Of a stretch of 64,000 bases of DNA, positions 53,631 to 64,000 are shown piece by piece. The DNA comes from an uncultured Methanosarcinaceae archaeon. Lineage in GTDB: Archaea > Halobacteriota > Methanosarcinia > Methanosarcinales > Methanosarcinaceae. A program made the position numbers and the translations under genes. The notes beneath the pieces are model-generated. The model was not told the DNA's origin, did not search any database, and worked only from the letters and a program-made list of their open reading frames with translations. The DNA lies in assembly GCA_963847185.1 (NCBI GenBank), contig CAWJYV010000008.1, forward strand, positions 416,001-480,000, given 5' to 3'. Each line of letters begins with the position of its first letter. Position 1 is the stretch's first letter.

Positions 53631-56357
53631 GTGTACTACGACCAGGAAGTTAACTTAGTTTTTGAGAGGTTGGAAACATCGGAAAAAGGTTTGAGTCCCG
53701 AAGAAGTCGAAAAGAGACTCGAGAAATATGGGGAAAATAAACTTGAAGACAAAGAAAAAACTTCTGTACTACGACTCTTTCTCTCACAGTTTAAAAGTAT
53801 TTTAATATTTATTCTAATAGCAGCCTCTATTGTATCGGCTCTACTCGGTGAATCGGTCGACGCAGTGGTGATTATTTTTACTGTTTTTCTTGCAGGTGTT
53901 CTCAGTTTCGTGCAGGAGTACAGAGCCGAAAAAGCAATTGAGCTGCTTAAATCTCTTACATCTCCTGAAGCTACTGTAATAAGAGATGGAGTTGAGAAAA
54001 AAGTCCCTTCACAAAAACTTGTTCCTGGAGATCTTATCCTGCTTCAGACTGGGGACCGCATTCCTGCAGATGCCAGGTTAATCAAAGAGATTAATCTCAA
54101 AATTGATGAGTCTTCCCTTACAGGAGAATCTGTGCCTGTTCAGAAGAGTATCGAATCCCTACCGTCTGAGACCCCTGAGACCGATAGGAGAAATATGGTA
54201 TATGCAGGTACTGCAGTCGCTTATGGAAGGGGCATGGCTGTTATTACAGCAACTGGAATGGAAACCTCATTTGGGGAACTTGCGGGGCTTCTGGGGACAA
54301 TAGAGAGATCCAGGACTCCTTTACAGGAAAACCTCGACAAATTTGGCAAATGGATTGGAGCTGCCACTCTGATAATCGTGGCTTTTGTCGCGATGCTTGG
54401 TGTTTTTTACGGTTTTCCCCTTCTGGATATGTTCCTATGGGGAGTTGCCCTTGCGGTTGCTGCCATTCCTGAAGCTCTTCCTGCAGTCGTTACAGTAGGT
54501 CTTGGGCTTGGAGTGAGACGTATGGTCAAAAGGCATGCTCTTGTGAGGAAACTACCATCTGTTGAAACCCTTGGAGTTACAAACGTTATCTGTTCTGACA
54601 AAACAGGCACACTTACACAGAACAAAATGACGGTTGAGAGAATATATATTAATGGACAGATTTTAAAGGTTACAGGAAATGGATATAATCCTGAGGGCGA
54701 TTTTTTTAAAGGGGATACGAAAATTTCTGCAGATGATGTGCATCTCAGGACTCTTTTACTTGGGTGCACTCTGTGTAATGATGCTGGCCTTTTTGGAGTA
54801 GACGGGGGATGGGAAATCACAGGGGATCCAACAGAAGCTTCTCTTGTAGTTGCTGCCGCAAAGGCAGGTTTCAAAAAAGATATTCTTGATCAAAAATACC
54901 CTCGTCTTGGGGAAATTCCGTTTTCCTCCGAACGAAAAAGAATGACTACTTTTAATAAACTTGAGTCAGGTTCTTATCTCTTTCCTGATGACAGTTTTAT
55001 TGCCTTCTCAAAAGGAGCTCCTGAGGTTATCTTGGATTCGTGCACTAAAATTCTCCTTAAAGGTGAAATAAGACCCTTAACTCCCGAGTTAAGGCAGGAG
55101 ATTTTAGAACAAGTACGGAAAATGGCTGATCAGGCTCTTAGAATTATGGCTTTCTCCTTCCGCCAGCTAGACGAGAGTAACTCTCCTGAGAAAATTTTTT
55201 CCGGAGAACTCACTGCTGATAGAATCGAGAGAGATATGACCTTTTCAGGGCTGACGGGTATGAGGGACCCTCCAAGAGAGGAAGTAAAAGTGGCAATCCA
55301 GATCTGTGCAGATGCCGGTATCAAAACAGTAATGATAACAGGAGATCACAAGGTTACAGCAGCTGCAATTGCAAAGGAACTTAATATTTTGAAGGAGAAC
55401 GACCTCACTCTCACCGGATCAGAGCTTGATAACCTTGAGGACAGCGAATTTGAAGACAAAGTTGAAAGAGTTTCAGTTTACGCCAGAGTTTACCCCACTC
55501 ATAAGCTGAGGGTCGTGGAAGCTTTTAAGAAAAAAGGTTATGTTGTGGCAATGACCGGAGACGGGGTAAATGATGCTCCTGCCCTCAAAGCTGCGGATAT
55601 GGGCATAGCCATGGGAATTACGGGCACTGATGTCAGCAAGGAAGCCTCAAGCATGATTCTCACCGACGACAATTTTGCGTCTATAGTCGCGGCGGTTGAG
55701 GAAGGAAGGAATATATTCAAAAACATTAGAAATTTTATAACGTATGGGCTCTCAGCTCACATTGGCGAAGTTCTAATAGTTCTTATCTCTATCCTGGGAT
55801 GGCAGATCCTGCCCCTTCTTGCAGTACAGATTCTCTGGATTAACTTGATTACCGATGGGCTCCCTCCAATGGCTCTGTCAGTTGAGCCTCCTGACGGAGG
55901 TCTCATGAAGCAGAAGCCAAGAAGTGTCAAAGAAGGACTGATTACCCGCCGTGAAATTGCAGCCGGACTTGGAATTGGAGGGTTGATTGCTCTACAAGCT
56001 CTTATCGTCTTAATTTGGGCTCTTAACAGAGGACTTCCTCTTGAAAAACTTCAGACTATGATCTTTGCGCTTGTAGTCTTTTCAGAGATGTTCAATGCCT
56101 TTAACTGGCGTTCTGACCGATATTCAATCTTTTCTCTGGGACTTTTTTCAAATAAAGCTCTGGTTTACGCAGTCCTTTCCACAGTGATTCTTCAGTTGAT
56201 GGTAATCTATATCCCTTTCTTTCAAAAGGCTTTCAGGACAGTTCCTCTTTCCCTTTTCGAGTGGGGGGTAATACTGACTCTTGCCTCTACCACGCTGATT
56301 TCCATGGAACTTGTAAAATACTTTTCTGGGAAAAAATTGTCGGAAAATGAATCCTGA
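53631..56357 (+). CDS. P2A-type cation (Ca2+) transporting ATPase
   Basis: TGES, AIPEALP, CSDKTGT, KGAPE, TGDGVNDAPAL, WINLITDG. Confidence 0.95.
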   Translation: MYYDQEVNLVFERLETSEKGLSPEEVEKRLEKYGENKLEDKEKTSVLRLFLSQFKSILIFILIAASIVSALLGESVDAVVIIFTVFLAGVLSFVQEYRAEKAIELLKSLTSPEATVIRDGVEKKVPSQKLVPGDLILLQTGDRIPADARLIKEINLKIDESSLTGESVPVQKSIESLPSETPETDRRNMVYAGTAVAYGRGMAVITATGMETSFGELAGLLGTIERSRTPLQENLDKFGKWIGAATLIIVAFVAMLGVFYGFPLLDMFLWGVALAVAAIPEALPAVVTVGLGLGVRRMVKRHALVRKLPSVETLGVTNVICSDKTGTLTQNKMTVERIYINGQILKVTGNGYNPEGDFFKGDTKISADDVHLRTLLLGCTLCNDAGLFGVDGGWEITGDPTEASLVVAAAKAGFKKDILDQKYPRLGEIPFSSERKRMTTFNKLESGSYLFPDDSFIAFSKGAPEVILDSCTKILLKGEIRPLTPELRQEILEQVRKMADQALRIMAFSFRQLDESNSPEKIFSGELTADRIERDMTFSGLTGMRDPPREEVKVAIQICADAGIKTVMITGDHKVTAAAIAKELNILKENDLTLTGSELDNLEDSEFEDKVERVSVYARVYPTHKLRVVEAFKKKGYVVAMTGDGVNDAPALKAADMGIAMGITGTDVSKEASSMILTDDNFASIVAAVEEGRNIFKNIRNFITYGLSAHIGEVLIVLISILGWQILPLLAVQILWINLITDGLPPMALSVEPPDGGLMKQKPRSVKEGLITRREIAAGLGIGGLIALQALIVLIWALNRGLPLEKLQTMIFALVVFSEMFNAFNWRSDRYSIFSLGLFSNKALVYAVLSTVILQLMVIYIPFFQKAFRTVPLSLFEWGVILTLASTTLISMELVKYFSGKKLSENES

Positions 56358-56420
56358 CCTGGATAGTAGCAGGTAAAATAAAATTTCCTCTGACAGAATT
56401 TCTTCCTCCGGATTTTACCT

Positions 56421-58046
56421 TCATTTTTCAAGCTTTTTGTTGTAATAAAGGGTGAACTCCTTTCCGGGACGCAGGCTGAAGTTATAGGAAGCATACTCTT
56501 TTTCTGGTATTTCCCTGTACATCTGGTATGAAGCGGGTACAATTATTGCATCATACGATACGGTTGCAGGGAGTTTTCTGGAATAATTTGCTTTTTCGTA
56601 GTCCCTCAAATACCAGGGTAGGGGCCAGTAAAGGTTGTTTGGGTCTACGACATCTATACTGAGAGTTTGAGTCTCAAGGTTGAATCCCTCGATCTTCTGC
56701 ATAAGTTCCCTGATATCCAGAGATGCCTGGGTATGCGTCATCAGTTCGTCATCTTCCATACTTCTGTAGAAGTTTACCGAAATACACTGGAACAGAGATA
56801 TTACCAGGGTGAGCGCCAGAACTCCTGCTAAAAGGATATGGGCTCTTGAATGATTCCTTCTGGGGGCGGGAGTTTCTTCTATTGCGTAAGTTCTATCCTG
56901 GGATCTGGATATCTGCTCCATCTGTCTATTTTCAGGGCTCATGATTAAAAAGTCTCCCAGGTAAGCTCCTGCTAAAATTCCAAAAGGAAGAACAATATGC
57001 ACTACAAGCCAGGGAACTTTTTCCTGAAGATAGGAATATAGCAGAAAACTTGAAATTGCCCAGTAAGAAAGAAACAGGAAAAAAGGAGCATTTTTATCTT
57101 TTTTCTTCAGGAAATGGAAAATACCCAGTGTTCCAAACAAGATTATTGGGCTTTCATATGTAAGGAGAATTGGAATATAATAATAAAAGGGTCCACCTAT
57201 GCGTTCAATTTTGTGCATTTCCATCCAGTGGGAAAAAGCCCTTTCCACTACTGAAAAAGGAGAAACGTCATTTCTGAAAAGACTTGTGTAAAAGAACATT
57301 GCAATGAAAATGAAAAGAATACCTGAGAGGATAAGTTCAGGAAGAAAAGGCAGAAAAGCTGAGAGCTTGAGACGGAGAGCTTCTTTCAGACTTAAGTTTT
57401 CTTTTTTCCAATCTGAATAAAACCTGTACAAAATATAAATCCCGGAATAAGCTCCGAACATCAGGATGATCAGATAGGCATTTTCCTTTGAGGATACGGC
57501 AATTGCGAGAGAAGATGCGACAAGGATAAGATAGGGAAGTCTCTTTTGGCTGTGAAGATTTTCAAGATAGCGAGCTGCTCCTGCAACAGTAGCCAGAGTA
57601 CAGAAAACAATGATCATATCGTTCCTGAAAAATCTTGAAAAATATACCATGCTAGGAGAGAAAGAAAGTAAAAAAGTTGTCCATAGTACACCTTTTTTTC
57701 CAAGCTCTTTTTTTAGCAAAAACAGCAGAGCAATTGTCCCTACTCCGAAAAAGACAGGAATCAGGCGTGCTGTGCTATCATTTATTCCCAGAAAGTGAAA
57801 GATAAGTGCAGTAGAGTGGAAAAGGAAAGGGCCGTGATAAGCAGGGTCATAGCTGTAATGCCCGTTTTCTAGAAGTCTAAGGGTGAAACTTGCATGTACA
57901 CTTTCGTCATGGTGAAAAACTCTATTCCCAAGATCAAACAATCTGATCAATAGAGCAGAAAAAATGATCAAAAGTCCCAAAGCTTTATATTTTTTATCCG
58001 AAATACGCTGGGAGTTTCCGAAATTATTTTTTTCACTTTGCTGCAT
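56421..58046 (-). CDS. GT-C superfamily membrane protein (TIGR03663 / Agl23-like)
   Basis: FHHDESVH, YDPAYHGP, YFSRFFRND, SKEN, EKVPWL, YWPLPWYLR. Confidence 0.82.
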   Translation of the reverse strand: MQQSEKNNFGNSQRISDKKYKALGLLIIFSALLIRLFDLGNRVFHHDESVHASFTLRLLENGHYSYDPAYHGPFLFHSTALIFHFLGINDSTARLIPVFFGVGTIALLFLLKKELGKKGVLWTTFLLSFSPSMVYFSRFFRNDMIIVFCTLATVAGAARYLENLHSQKRLPYLILVASSLAIAVSSKENAYLIILMFGAYSGIYILYRFYSDWKKENLSLKEALRLKLSAFLPFLPELILSGILFIFIAMFFYTSLFRNDVSPFSVVERAFSHWMEMHKIERIGGPFYYYIPILLTYESPIILFGTLGIFHFLKKKDKNAPFFLFLSYWAISSFLLYSYLQEKVPWLVVHIVLPFGILAGAYLGDFLIMSPENRQMEQISRSQDRTYAIEETPAPRRNHSRAHILLAGVLALTLVISLFQCISVNFYRSMEDDELMTHTQASLDIRELMQKIEGFNLETQTLSIDVVDPNNLYWPLPWYLRDYEKANYSRKLPATVSYDAIIVPASYQMYREIPEKEYASYNFSLRPGKEFTLYYNKKLEK

Positions 58047-58126
58047 TTTTCCTTAAACCTTCTGCATTGGCTGTTCCCTTATAAGGCATAGGTATATTTA
58101 AGGGGTAGGATGAAATAGTTTCTCTC

Positions 58127-58420
58127 ATGGCTGAAGTAAAAGTAAAGTTATTTGCAAATCTGCGTGAAGTAGCAGGCACATCGGAACTGGAGTTATCCGG
58201 AGAAAAGGTTCTTGATGTCCTCTTGTCCCTCACCGACAAATATTCCGGGTTAAAAGACCTTATTTTTGAAAAATCTGAAGGAAAAGGTGAAGTTCCTGTT
58301 ATGTGCGGTTCTATTAATGTCCTTATAAATGGAAATAATGTCAGACACCTTGAAGGGCTGGATACCCTGCTTTCGGATGCAGACGAAATCGCGGTTCTGC
58401 CTCCGGTTTCCGGGGGCTGA
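58127..58420 (+). CDS. Ubiquitin-like MoaD/SAMP1 sulfur carrier
   Basis: KLFANLREVAG, INVLING, C-terminal PPVSGG. Confidence 0.93.
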   Translation: MAEVKVKLFANLREVAGTSELELSGEKVLDVLLSLTDKYSGLKDLIFEKSEGKGEVPVMCGSINVLINGNNVRHLEGLDTLLSDADEIAVLPPVSGG

Positions 58421-58442
58421 TTTTTCTAAGGAGAGGAGAAGA

Positions 58443-59636
58443 ATGGGAAGGATATTCAAGGAACGAACTTCCATTGACGAAGCTTTGAGGCTTTTTCTTG
58501 AGAATATTTCTCCTCTCAGGAAAATAGAAGAAATTTCGCTCGAAGTTTGCACAGGTAGAGTACTGGCAGAAACTGTAGTTTCCGGCAGGAATGTTCCTCA
58601 CTATCACCGTGCTGCCATGGACGGTTATGCTGTGCTGGCCTCAGATACCCTGGGAGCTTCTCCTGCAAATCCTGTTTTACTGCAGCTTTCTGATTATGTG
58701 GAGGAAGGAAGCTTAAAATGGGTGCATACAGGGGCTGTAATGCCGAAGGAAGCAGATGCAGTTGTAGTTGTAGAGGATACAGTCACAACAGGAGATATCG
58801 TTGAGGTCAGGGCCCAGGTCTACCCTGGCAGAAATGTGACACAGGTCGGAGAGGACATAAAAAGCGGAGACCTTATTTTTGAAGAGGGTCACCTTCTTCG
58901 CCCCTGTGATGCAGCTGTGCTTGCATCAATAGGGTTTGACAGGGTAAAGGTTTTCCAAAAACCCGTTGTCGCAGTCATTCCCACTGGAGATGAGCTGGTA
59001 AGTCGTGAAAAGACTGGAGAAGTCCCTCCTCCGGGAATGGTTCTTGAAACTAATGGGCTGATGACTTCCCTCTATGTAGAGAAATGGGGGGGAGTTTCCA
59101 GATACATGGGGATAGTGCCTGATAATCCGGAAAGTATAAAAAAAGCGATAGAAGCAAATCTGGATGCAGATATGATTCTTCTTTCGGGCGGAACCTCGGT
59201 AGGGAAAAGAGATCATGTCCCTGAGGTTGTATCATCACTGGGGAAGTTACTTGTACACGGTATTGCAGTAAACCCCGGAAAACCCACAGCTCTTGGTACC
59301 ATAGATAATGTGCCTGTAGTTTGTCTTCCAGGTTATCCTGTTGCCGGAATTGTAGCCCTCTATTTCTTTGTTCGCCCAGGAATTCGAAGACTGGCATCAA
59401 TCTCAAACTTTTCTGAATTAGTTCTCAAAAGACGGCTTGCTGCAAAAATAAGGTCAAAAATAGGATATGTTAATTTTATCCGTGTTATTTTTGAAGGAAA
59501 TAAAGTGCGCCCCTTAACTGGAGATAAGTCTGATGCTCTGAGTTCTGTTGCAAAAGCTGACGGTTTTATCCTTATACCCGAAAACGTTGAAGGGTATGAA
59601 GAAGGAGAGGAAGTAGACGTCTTCTTAATAGAATGA
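58443..59636 (+). CDS. moeA: Molybdopterin molybdotransferase MoeA
   Basis: AAMDGYAV, HTGAVMP, GEDI, PTGDEL, SGGTSVG, PGKP, LPGYP; AGGAG RBS before ATG 58443. Confidence 0.94.
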   Translation: MGRIFKERTSIDEALRLFLENISPLRKIEEISLEVCTGRVLAETVVSGRNVPHYHRAAMDGYAVLASDTLGASPANPVLLQLSDYVEEGSLKWVHTGAVMPKEADAVVVVEDTVTTGDIVEVRAQVYPGRNVTQVGEDIKSGDLIFEEGHLLRPCDAAVLASIGFDRVKVFQKPVVAVIPTGDELVSREKTGEVPPPGMVLETNGLMTSLYVEKWGGVSRYMGIVPDNPESIKKAIEANLDADMILLSGGTSVGKRDHVPEVVSSLGKLLVHGIAVNPGKPTALGTIDNVPVVCLPGYPVAGIVALYFFVRPGIRRLASISNFSELVLKRRLAAKIRSKIGYVNFIRVIFEGNKVRPLTGDKSDALSSVAKADGFILIPENVEGYEEGEEVDVFLIE

Positions 59637-59786
59637 TCATCCTCTCTGGTCACCTTCTTTTTGATCTCCAAAAGAATTGTAACCCAGAGAGTTAGAATGT
59701 ATAAAAAAGGCGAAAGAGCCACTTGTCAGATGTATTATTGACTTTACTCTTTCGCCTCAGCTGTTCTCTATTTTTAATTAAGGTTT

Positions 59787-61838
59787 TTACTTACTTCTTA
59801 CTACGATGTAGCTTGTCTTTTTTGATGTACTACTTCCCTTGGTGTTTTTAACTGTTAAGCTGATAGTATATCTTCCCGCTTTGGTAAAGGTGTGTGTAGC
59901 ATTAAGAGAATGTTTCGAATTTATGCCATCTCCAAAATCCCAATACCAGGACGTTGGTGTACCTCCGGTACCCGTATCTTTAAATAACACCGTAAGTGGC
60001 GCTCTTCCGGATGTCACGTTCGCAGAGAAAGCAGATACTGGAGGCTTTAAATTTGTAACAGATATATAATTTGTCTTCCTCACTGTGCTACTGCTATCCT
60101 TATTTTTCACCGTCAGGGTCACTGTGTATGTTCCCGATTTAGTATATGTATGTGTAGCTGTTCTGGCATTTTTTGAATTTATGCCATCTCCAAAGTCCCA
60201 ATACCAGGAAGCTGGTGTGCCTCCAGTGCTGGTATCAGTGAATAATACTTTTAATGGGGCATTTCCTGAGATTGGGGTCGCAGAGAAGTTTGCAACCAGT
60301 TTTTGCGTACCAAATACTGCTTGATATGCATTTATACGGCCTGAGCCATAGCTGTTATCCTTTCCCGTTGATCCGCGATCTACAGATGTACCTTCTAAAA
60401 TTTGTTTTACCCTAGAAGGCGTCAGAGACGGGTTATTCTCTAGCATTAACGCAACAGTGCCGGAAACGTGTGGTGTTGCCATGGAGGTTCCGGACATGTA
60501 GTCATATCCACCTCCCGGAAATGTTGAGATGATATTTAATCCGGGGGCAGAAACATCAGGTTTAATGTATGTTTGTCCTCCAAGAGTAACTGGACCACGA
60601 CTGCTAAAATATGCTATAGTATCAGATGAATCAGTTGCACCAATAGCGATTGAGTTAATTTCATCACCCGGACAGGAGATTGTATTAGATCCAGGTCCGG
60701 AGTTTCCAGCTGCTATTACAGGAACTACACCTGCTGCCACAACATTATTTATTGCAGTTGTATATATTTCCTGATGTGATGACCCACCACTGTAACTTAT
60801 AATATCAGCATTGTTATTGACTGCCCACTCAAAAGCAAGAATAACATCAGATGTATATCCATAACCCTCTTCACTAAATACTTTTGCTGCAATTAGCTTT
60901 GTACCAGGAGCGACTCCTGTACGTATACCGTTAGCCCCGGTTCCTGAAATGGTTCCGGCAACGTGGGTCCCATGCCCGTGATCATCATATGGAGAAGGAT
61001 ACGAGTTTACATAATCAATCCAACTTACAACTTTTGGATCATTTGTAATGGGATTTTCGTCAAGGTCGTCAAGATCTGGGTGATTAACATCGATGCCGGT
61101 ATCCACAACAGCAACAGTTACTCCTTTTCCAGTTATGCCTTGCTGCCATACTGTCTGCGCTCCAACTTTATCAACTCCCCATGCGTTTGCAGAGATTATA
61201 TTCGTATTCTGCATGCTAGAAGACTCTTTTATTTCTTTCAAAGAGGATTCAGGATTATCTACTAGATAAACAACTTCATCAAGCTCAATTTTTGAGACTT
61301 CGGGTTTCTTAGACAGAGAAACCAAAATTTCCGGCGTTACTTCAGCCGCGACAGCATTAACAAGTTTAATAGGCTTTATTTCCTGTGCTTTATTGGTAGA
61401 GTTTGCATCTCCTAGAAGCTGTATGATATTTTTTTGATCGCTTTCAATTTGGAATTCCCCATTAACGTTATTGAATGCAATTTGTTGATTTGCTAACACA
61501 ATAATTACTGGAATCTTTTCAGTAGCTGAAGCTTCAGCAATCTTTAAAGATAATGCTCCTGATATTTTATTATCTATGCTGATGTTATTGGATTCACTTG
61601 TGTAATTAGATAAATTTGTGTTATTATCTACATTTATTATATTCTCAGATACATTTGTGCTATTTGACATATTTATATTGTCAGATATGTTTATATCATC
61701 AGCTGTTGCTGTAAAAGGCAGCAATGATATTAACAAGAGTAATATACAGCTAATGCTTAACAATTGAGTATTTGTTTTTTTTAAAGAGCTTACGACCTTT
61801 TTTTCCATTTTTACCCGCTCCATTTCAGGACTTTTCAC
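59787..61838 (-). CDS. Secreted S8 subtilisin-like protease with 2 PKD domains
   Basis: VAVVDTG, HGHGTHVAG, AAGN, SGTSMATPHV; start probably Met11. Confidence 0.93.
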   Translation of the reverse strand: MKSPEMERVKMEKKVVSSLKKTNTQLLSISCILLLLISLLPFTATADDINISDNINMSNSTNVSENIINVDNNTNLSNYTSESNNISIDNKISGALSLKIAEASATEKIPVIIVLANQQIAFNNVNGEFQIESDQKNIIQLLGDANSTNKAQEIKPIKLVNAVAAEVTPEILVSLSKKPEVSKIELDEVVYLVDNPESSLKEIKESSSMQNTNIISANAWGVDKVGAQTVWQQGITGKGVTVAVVDTGIDVNHPDLDDLDENPITNDPKVVSWIDYVNSYPSPYDDHGHGTHVAGTISGTGANGIRTGVAPGTKLIAAKVFSEEGYGYTSDVILAFEWAVNNNADIISYSGGSSHQEIYTTAINNVVAAGVVPVIAAGNSGPGSNTISCPGDEINSIAIGATDSSDTIAYFSSRGPVTLGGQTYIKPDVSAPGLNIISTFPGGGYDYMSGTSMATPHVSGTVALMLENNPSLTPSRVKQILEGTSVDRGSTGKDNSYGSGRINAYQAVFGTQKLVANFSATPISGNAPLKVLFTDTSTGGTPASWYWDFGDGINSKNARTATHTYTKSGTYTVTLTVKNKDSSSTVRKTNYISVTNLKPPVSAFSANVTSGRAPLTVLFKDTGTGGTPTSWYWDFGDGINSKHSLNATHTFTKAGRYTISLTVKNTKGSSTSKKTSYIVVRSK

Positions 61839-62506
61839 ATCCTAATTATTTTTCTCTGATCAAGCAATCCTCAAAAAAATCAATACGTTTATTTATTTAA
61901 CAGGTGTCTAATAAATTATCATTATATAATTTAAATAGAAAATTTTGACTATATATAATTATACTTATGAATTAACTATAAACTCTGAAATTGTAGGGCA
62001 TTGATAAATTTTTAAGGAAAATCTTCTTAATTTTATCTAGAACTGTTTAAAAAAGATGGGATTTTGCCGATACTTTTAATATATTCTATTTTGGAGTAAT
62101 CAATCCCAAATAAGGTGTAAGAAATTAGTATGTGTTGTATCGCTTGGTCTTGCACTATTAGTTGGTTGATTTTATTTTCCAGAACACTCTTAATGTCTTA
62201 CCTTGCCTTTTTTGCAATTCGGTAAGGTGAGTCAGTGAGGTTATAGTAGAGATGCTTTGATGTACAAAACGTAAGCATATTTCTACCATTGGAAAATTAA
62301 TAATGAAAACATCAACCATATAATGAGGACGACCATCTTGCACTTATAATCAGAAATTAAATCTTGATTAGACGAAATCCTTCATATTTTTATTTAGAAT
62401 GACTCATTATTAAATAAAATAATGAATAAAATTTTATACTCAAAAGGCTAATCAAACGGAAAAATCGAATCAAACCTTAGTTTTTAATTGGTTTGAAAGT
62501 GATATT

Positions 62507-62887
62507 ATGCCCTCCGTAAACAGTGACCTTAATAAAATTCTCCTTATAGGTGCAGGCGGTTTTTTAGGGGCTATCTGCAGGTTTTTGTTCTGTGAACTTG
62601 TAGAAGCACAGCTTGGTACCCTGTCGGTAAATGTGCTGGGAAGTTTCCTGCTCGGCCTGATAATGTACGACACGGAGTATATAGGATTTATAAGTCCTGA
62701 AGGTAAGCTTGCTTTAGGTACCGGATTTATGGGGGCATTTACAACATTTTCTACATTTGCAGTGCAGTCTTTCACAATGCCTTTTTTTCCTGCCATAGGA
62801 AACATCAGCGCCAACCTTTTTCTTACTCTTACGGGTGTATTCATGGGTAGAGGAGTCATAAAAGCCCTTTCAAGGAGGCAGGGATAA
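62507..62887 (+). CDS. crcB: Fluoride channel Fluc/CrcB, copy 1
   Basis: [31 protein letters not shown]. Confidence 0.92.
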   Translation: MPSVNSDLNKILLIGAGGFLGAICRFLFCELVEAQLGTLSVNVLGSFLLGLIMYDTEYIGFISPEGKLALGTGFMGAFTTFSTFAVQSFTMPFFPAIGNISANLFLTLTGVFMGRGVIKALSRRQG

Positions 62888-62889
62888 AA

Positions 62890-63261
62890 ATGTTTCCAGT
62901 TCCGGGCTCTGAAAAACTCCTGTTAATAGGTCTCGGTGGTTTCATAGGGTCACCTCTGAGATATATCGTTTCAAGCCGAGTTCCTAAAATCAAAAATATC
63001 CCTGCAGGGACTCTTACAGTAAATCTTCTGGGGAGTATTGTGCTTGCACTTCTTACTTTCTCTTCCGAGCCCGAATCTATGGTCTACTTCGTAAATATAG
63101 GGATTTTAGGTTCCTTTACTACTTTTTCTACCTTCGCTTATGAGACTTTTAAGTTGCTTGAAGAAGGACAAAATCTTTCTTTTTTCCTAAATATCTTCCT
63201 GAATGTCATACTTTGCATCTCAGGCGTAAGTTTTGCATATATGGCCCTTATGTACTCCTAA
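62890..63261 (+). CDS. crcB: Fluoride channel Fluc/CrcB, copy 2 (likely heterodimer partner)
   Basis: [32 protein letters not shown]. Confidence 0.92.
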   Translation: MFPVPGSEKLLLIGLGGFIGSPLRYIVSSRVPKIKNIPAGTLTVNLLGSIVLALLTFSSEPESMVYFVNIGILGSFTTFSTFAYETFKLLEEGQNLSFFLNIFLNVILCISGVSFAYMALMYS

Positions 63262-63406
63262 ATCTGCTTGATTTCCAGAGCACCTGAAATAAGCAGAAAA
63301 AGATTACCTGAAACAAAAGAATTACCTGAAAAACTACAGAAAATTTAAAAACAATCTCAAAAAAGATTCAATTAAAATAAAAAAAGTTAAATAAAAGCCC
63401 TTAAAA

Positions 63407-63589
<183 letters not shown>

Positions 63590-64000
63590 TCATTAAATTT
63601 TACTATAATTTCAATTTTATTTCTAATTTTTATTTTTCTCTGGCTTTATTAGTACTTTTTCACGTAGAACACTTACGTGCCATATACACTTATTGTGGAC
63701 ACTGCCGGTTGCCGCGGATTTCTGTTTCTCCTCGGCAGTGTCTCAACGAATAGGGTATTTCTACCATACCATTAAACAGATGATTTTCAATACCTTGCGG
63801 AATATTTAATATTCCTTGAAGCCTGAAAGTGCGAAAATATAAATGTTATCAAGCCTTGGTTTTATCATAAAGAGAAATGCTAGTAATTAAATGTTACGGA
63901 CATGAGCTAAAAACAGGGGTATAAAATAGGGCATAAACCTCTGAAAAATACTCATAAATGTAGATTTAAGACCTAAATATTAAAATAATGCAACCTGAAT

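Noticed and set aside
58329-58442. MoeA N-terminal extension overlapping the SAMP gene
   Set aside because: The SD and the family start support ATG 58443
62280-62506. Fluoride riboswitch upstream of crcB
   Set aside because: No GGnGAUG...CC / CUGAUG consensus seen; an Infernal search with the Rfam fluoride (crcB) model would settle it

Overview
Archaeal chromosomal window, most likely Methanosarcina (inferred from PKD/TolB-like/disaggregatase surface proteins, F390 synthetase, aIF1, NreA, SAMP/MoeA and a class II photolyase). It holds housekeeping genes (metG, sppA, bacterial-type serS, purL, purC), a GH57/GH57-like/ACT-V4R/GH15 glucan operon, a dispersed GT-C/GT2-flippase glycosylation cluster, several surface proteins and a crcB pair. 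Structure not captured by the ORF track: (i) a decayed copy of the metG 3' end and its downstream DNA at 1857-2170, bracketing a 6.6 kb cargo of heavy-metal operon, surface protein, MITE and HNH nuclease; (ii) a frameshifted Asn/Gly-rich ~10-aa repeat protein at 3-1399; (iii) two genes whose conserved N-termini seem to need non-AUG starts (ACG, ATT); (iv) three 1-nt frameshifts, all in accessory genes; (v) two copies of a ~130 bp MITE and a REP-like array; (vi) an unlisted 57-aa basic protein with a structured leader. No tRNA, rRNA, CRISPR array, integrase or transposase was seen. All calls are by eye, with no searches run.
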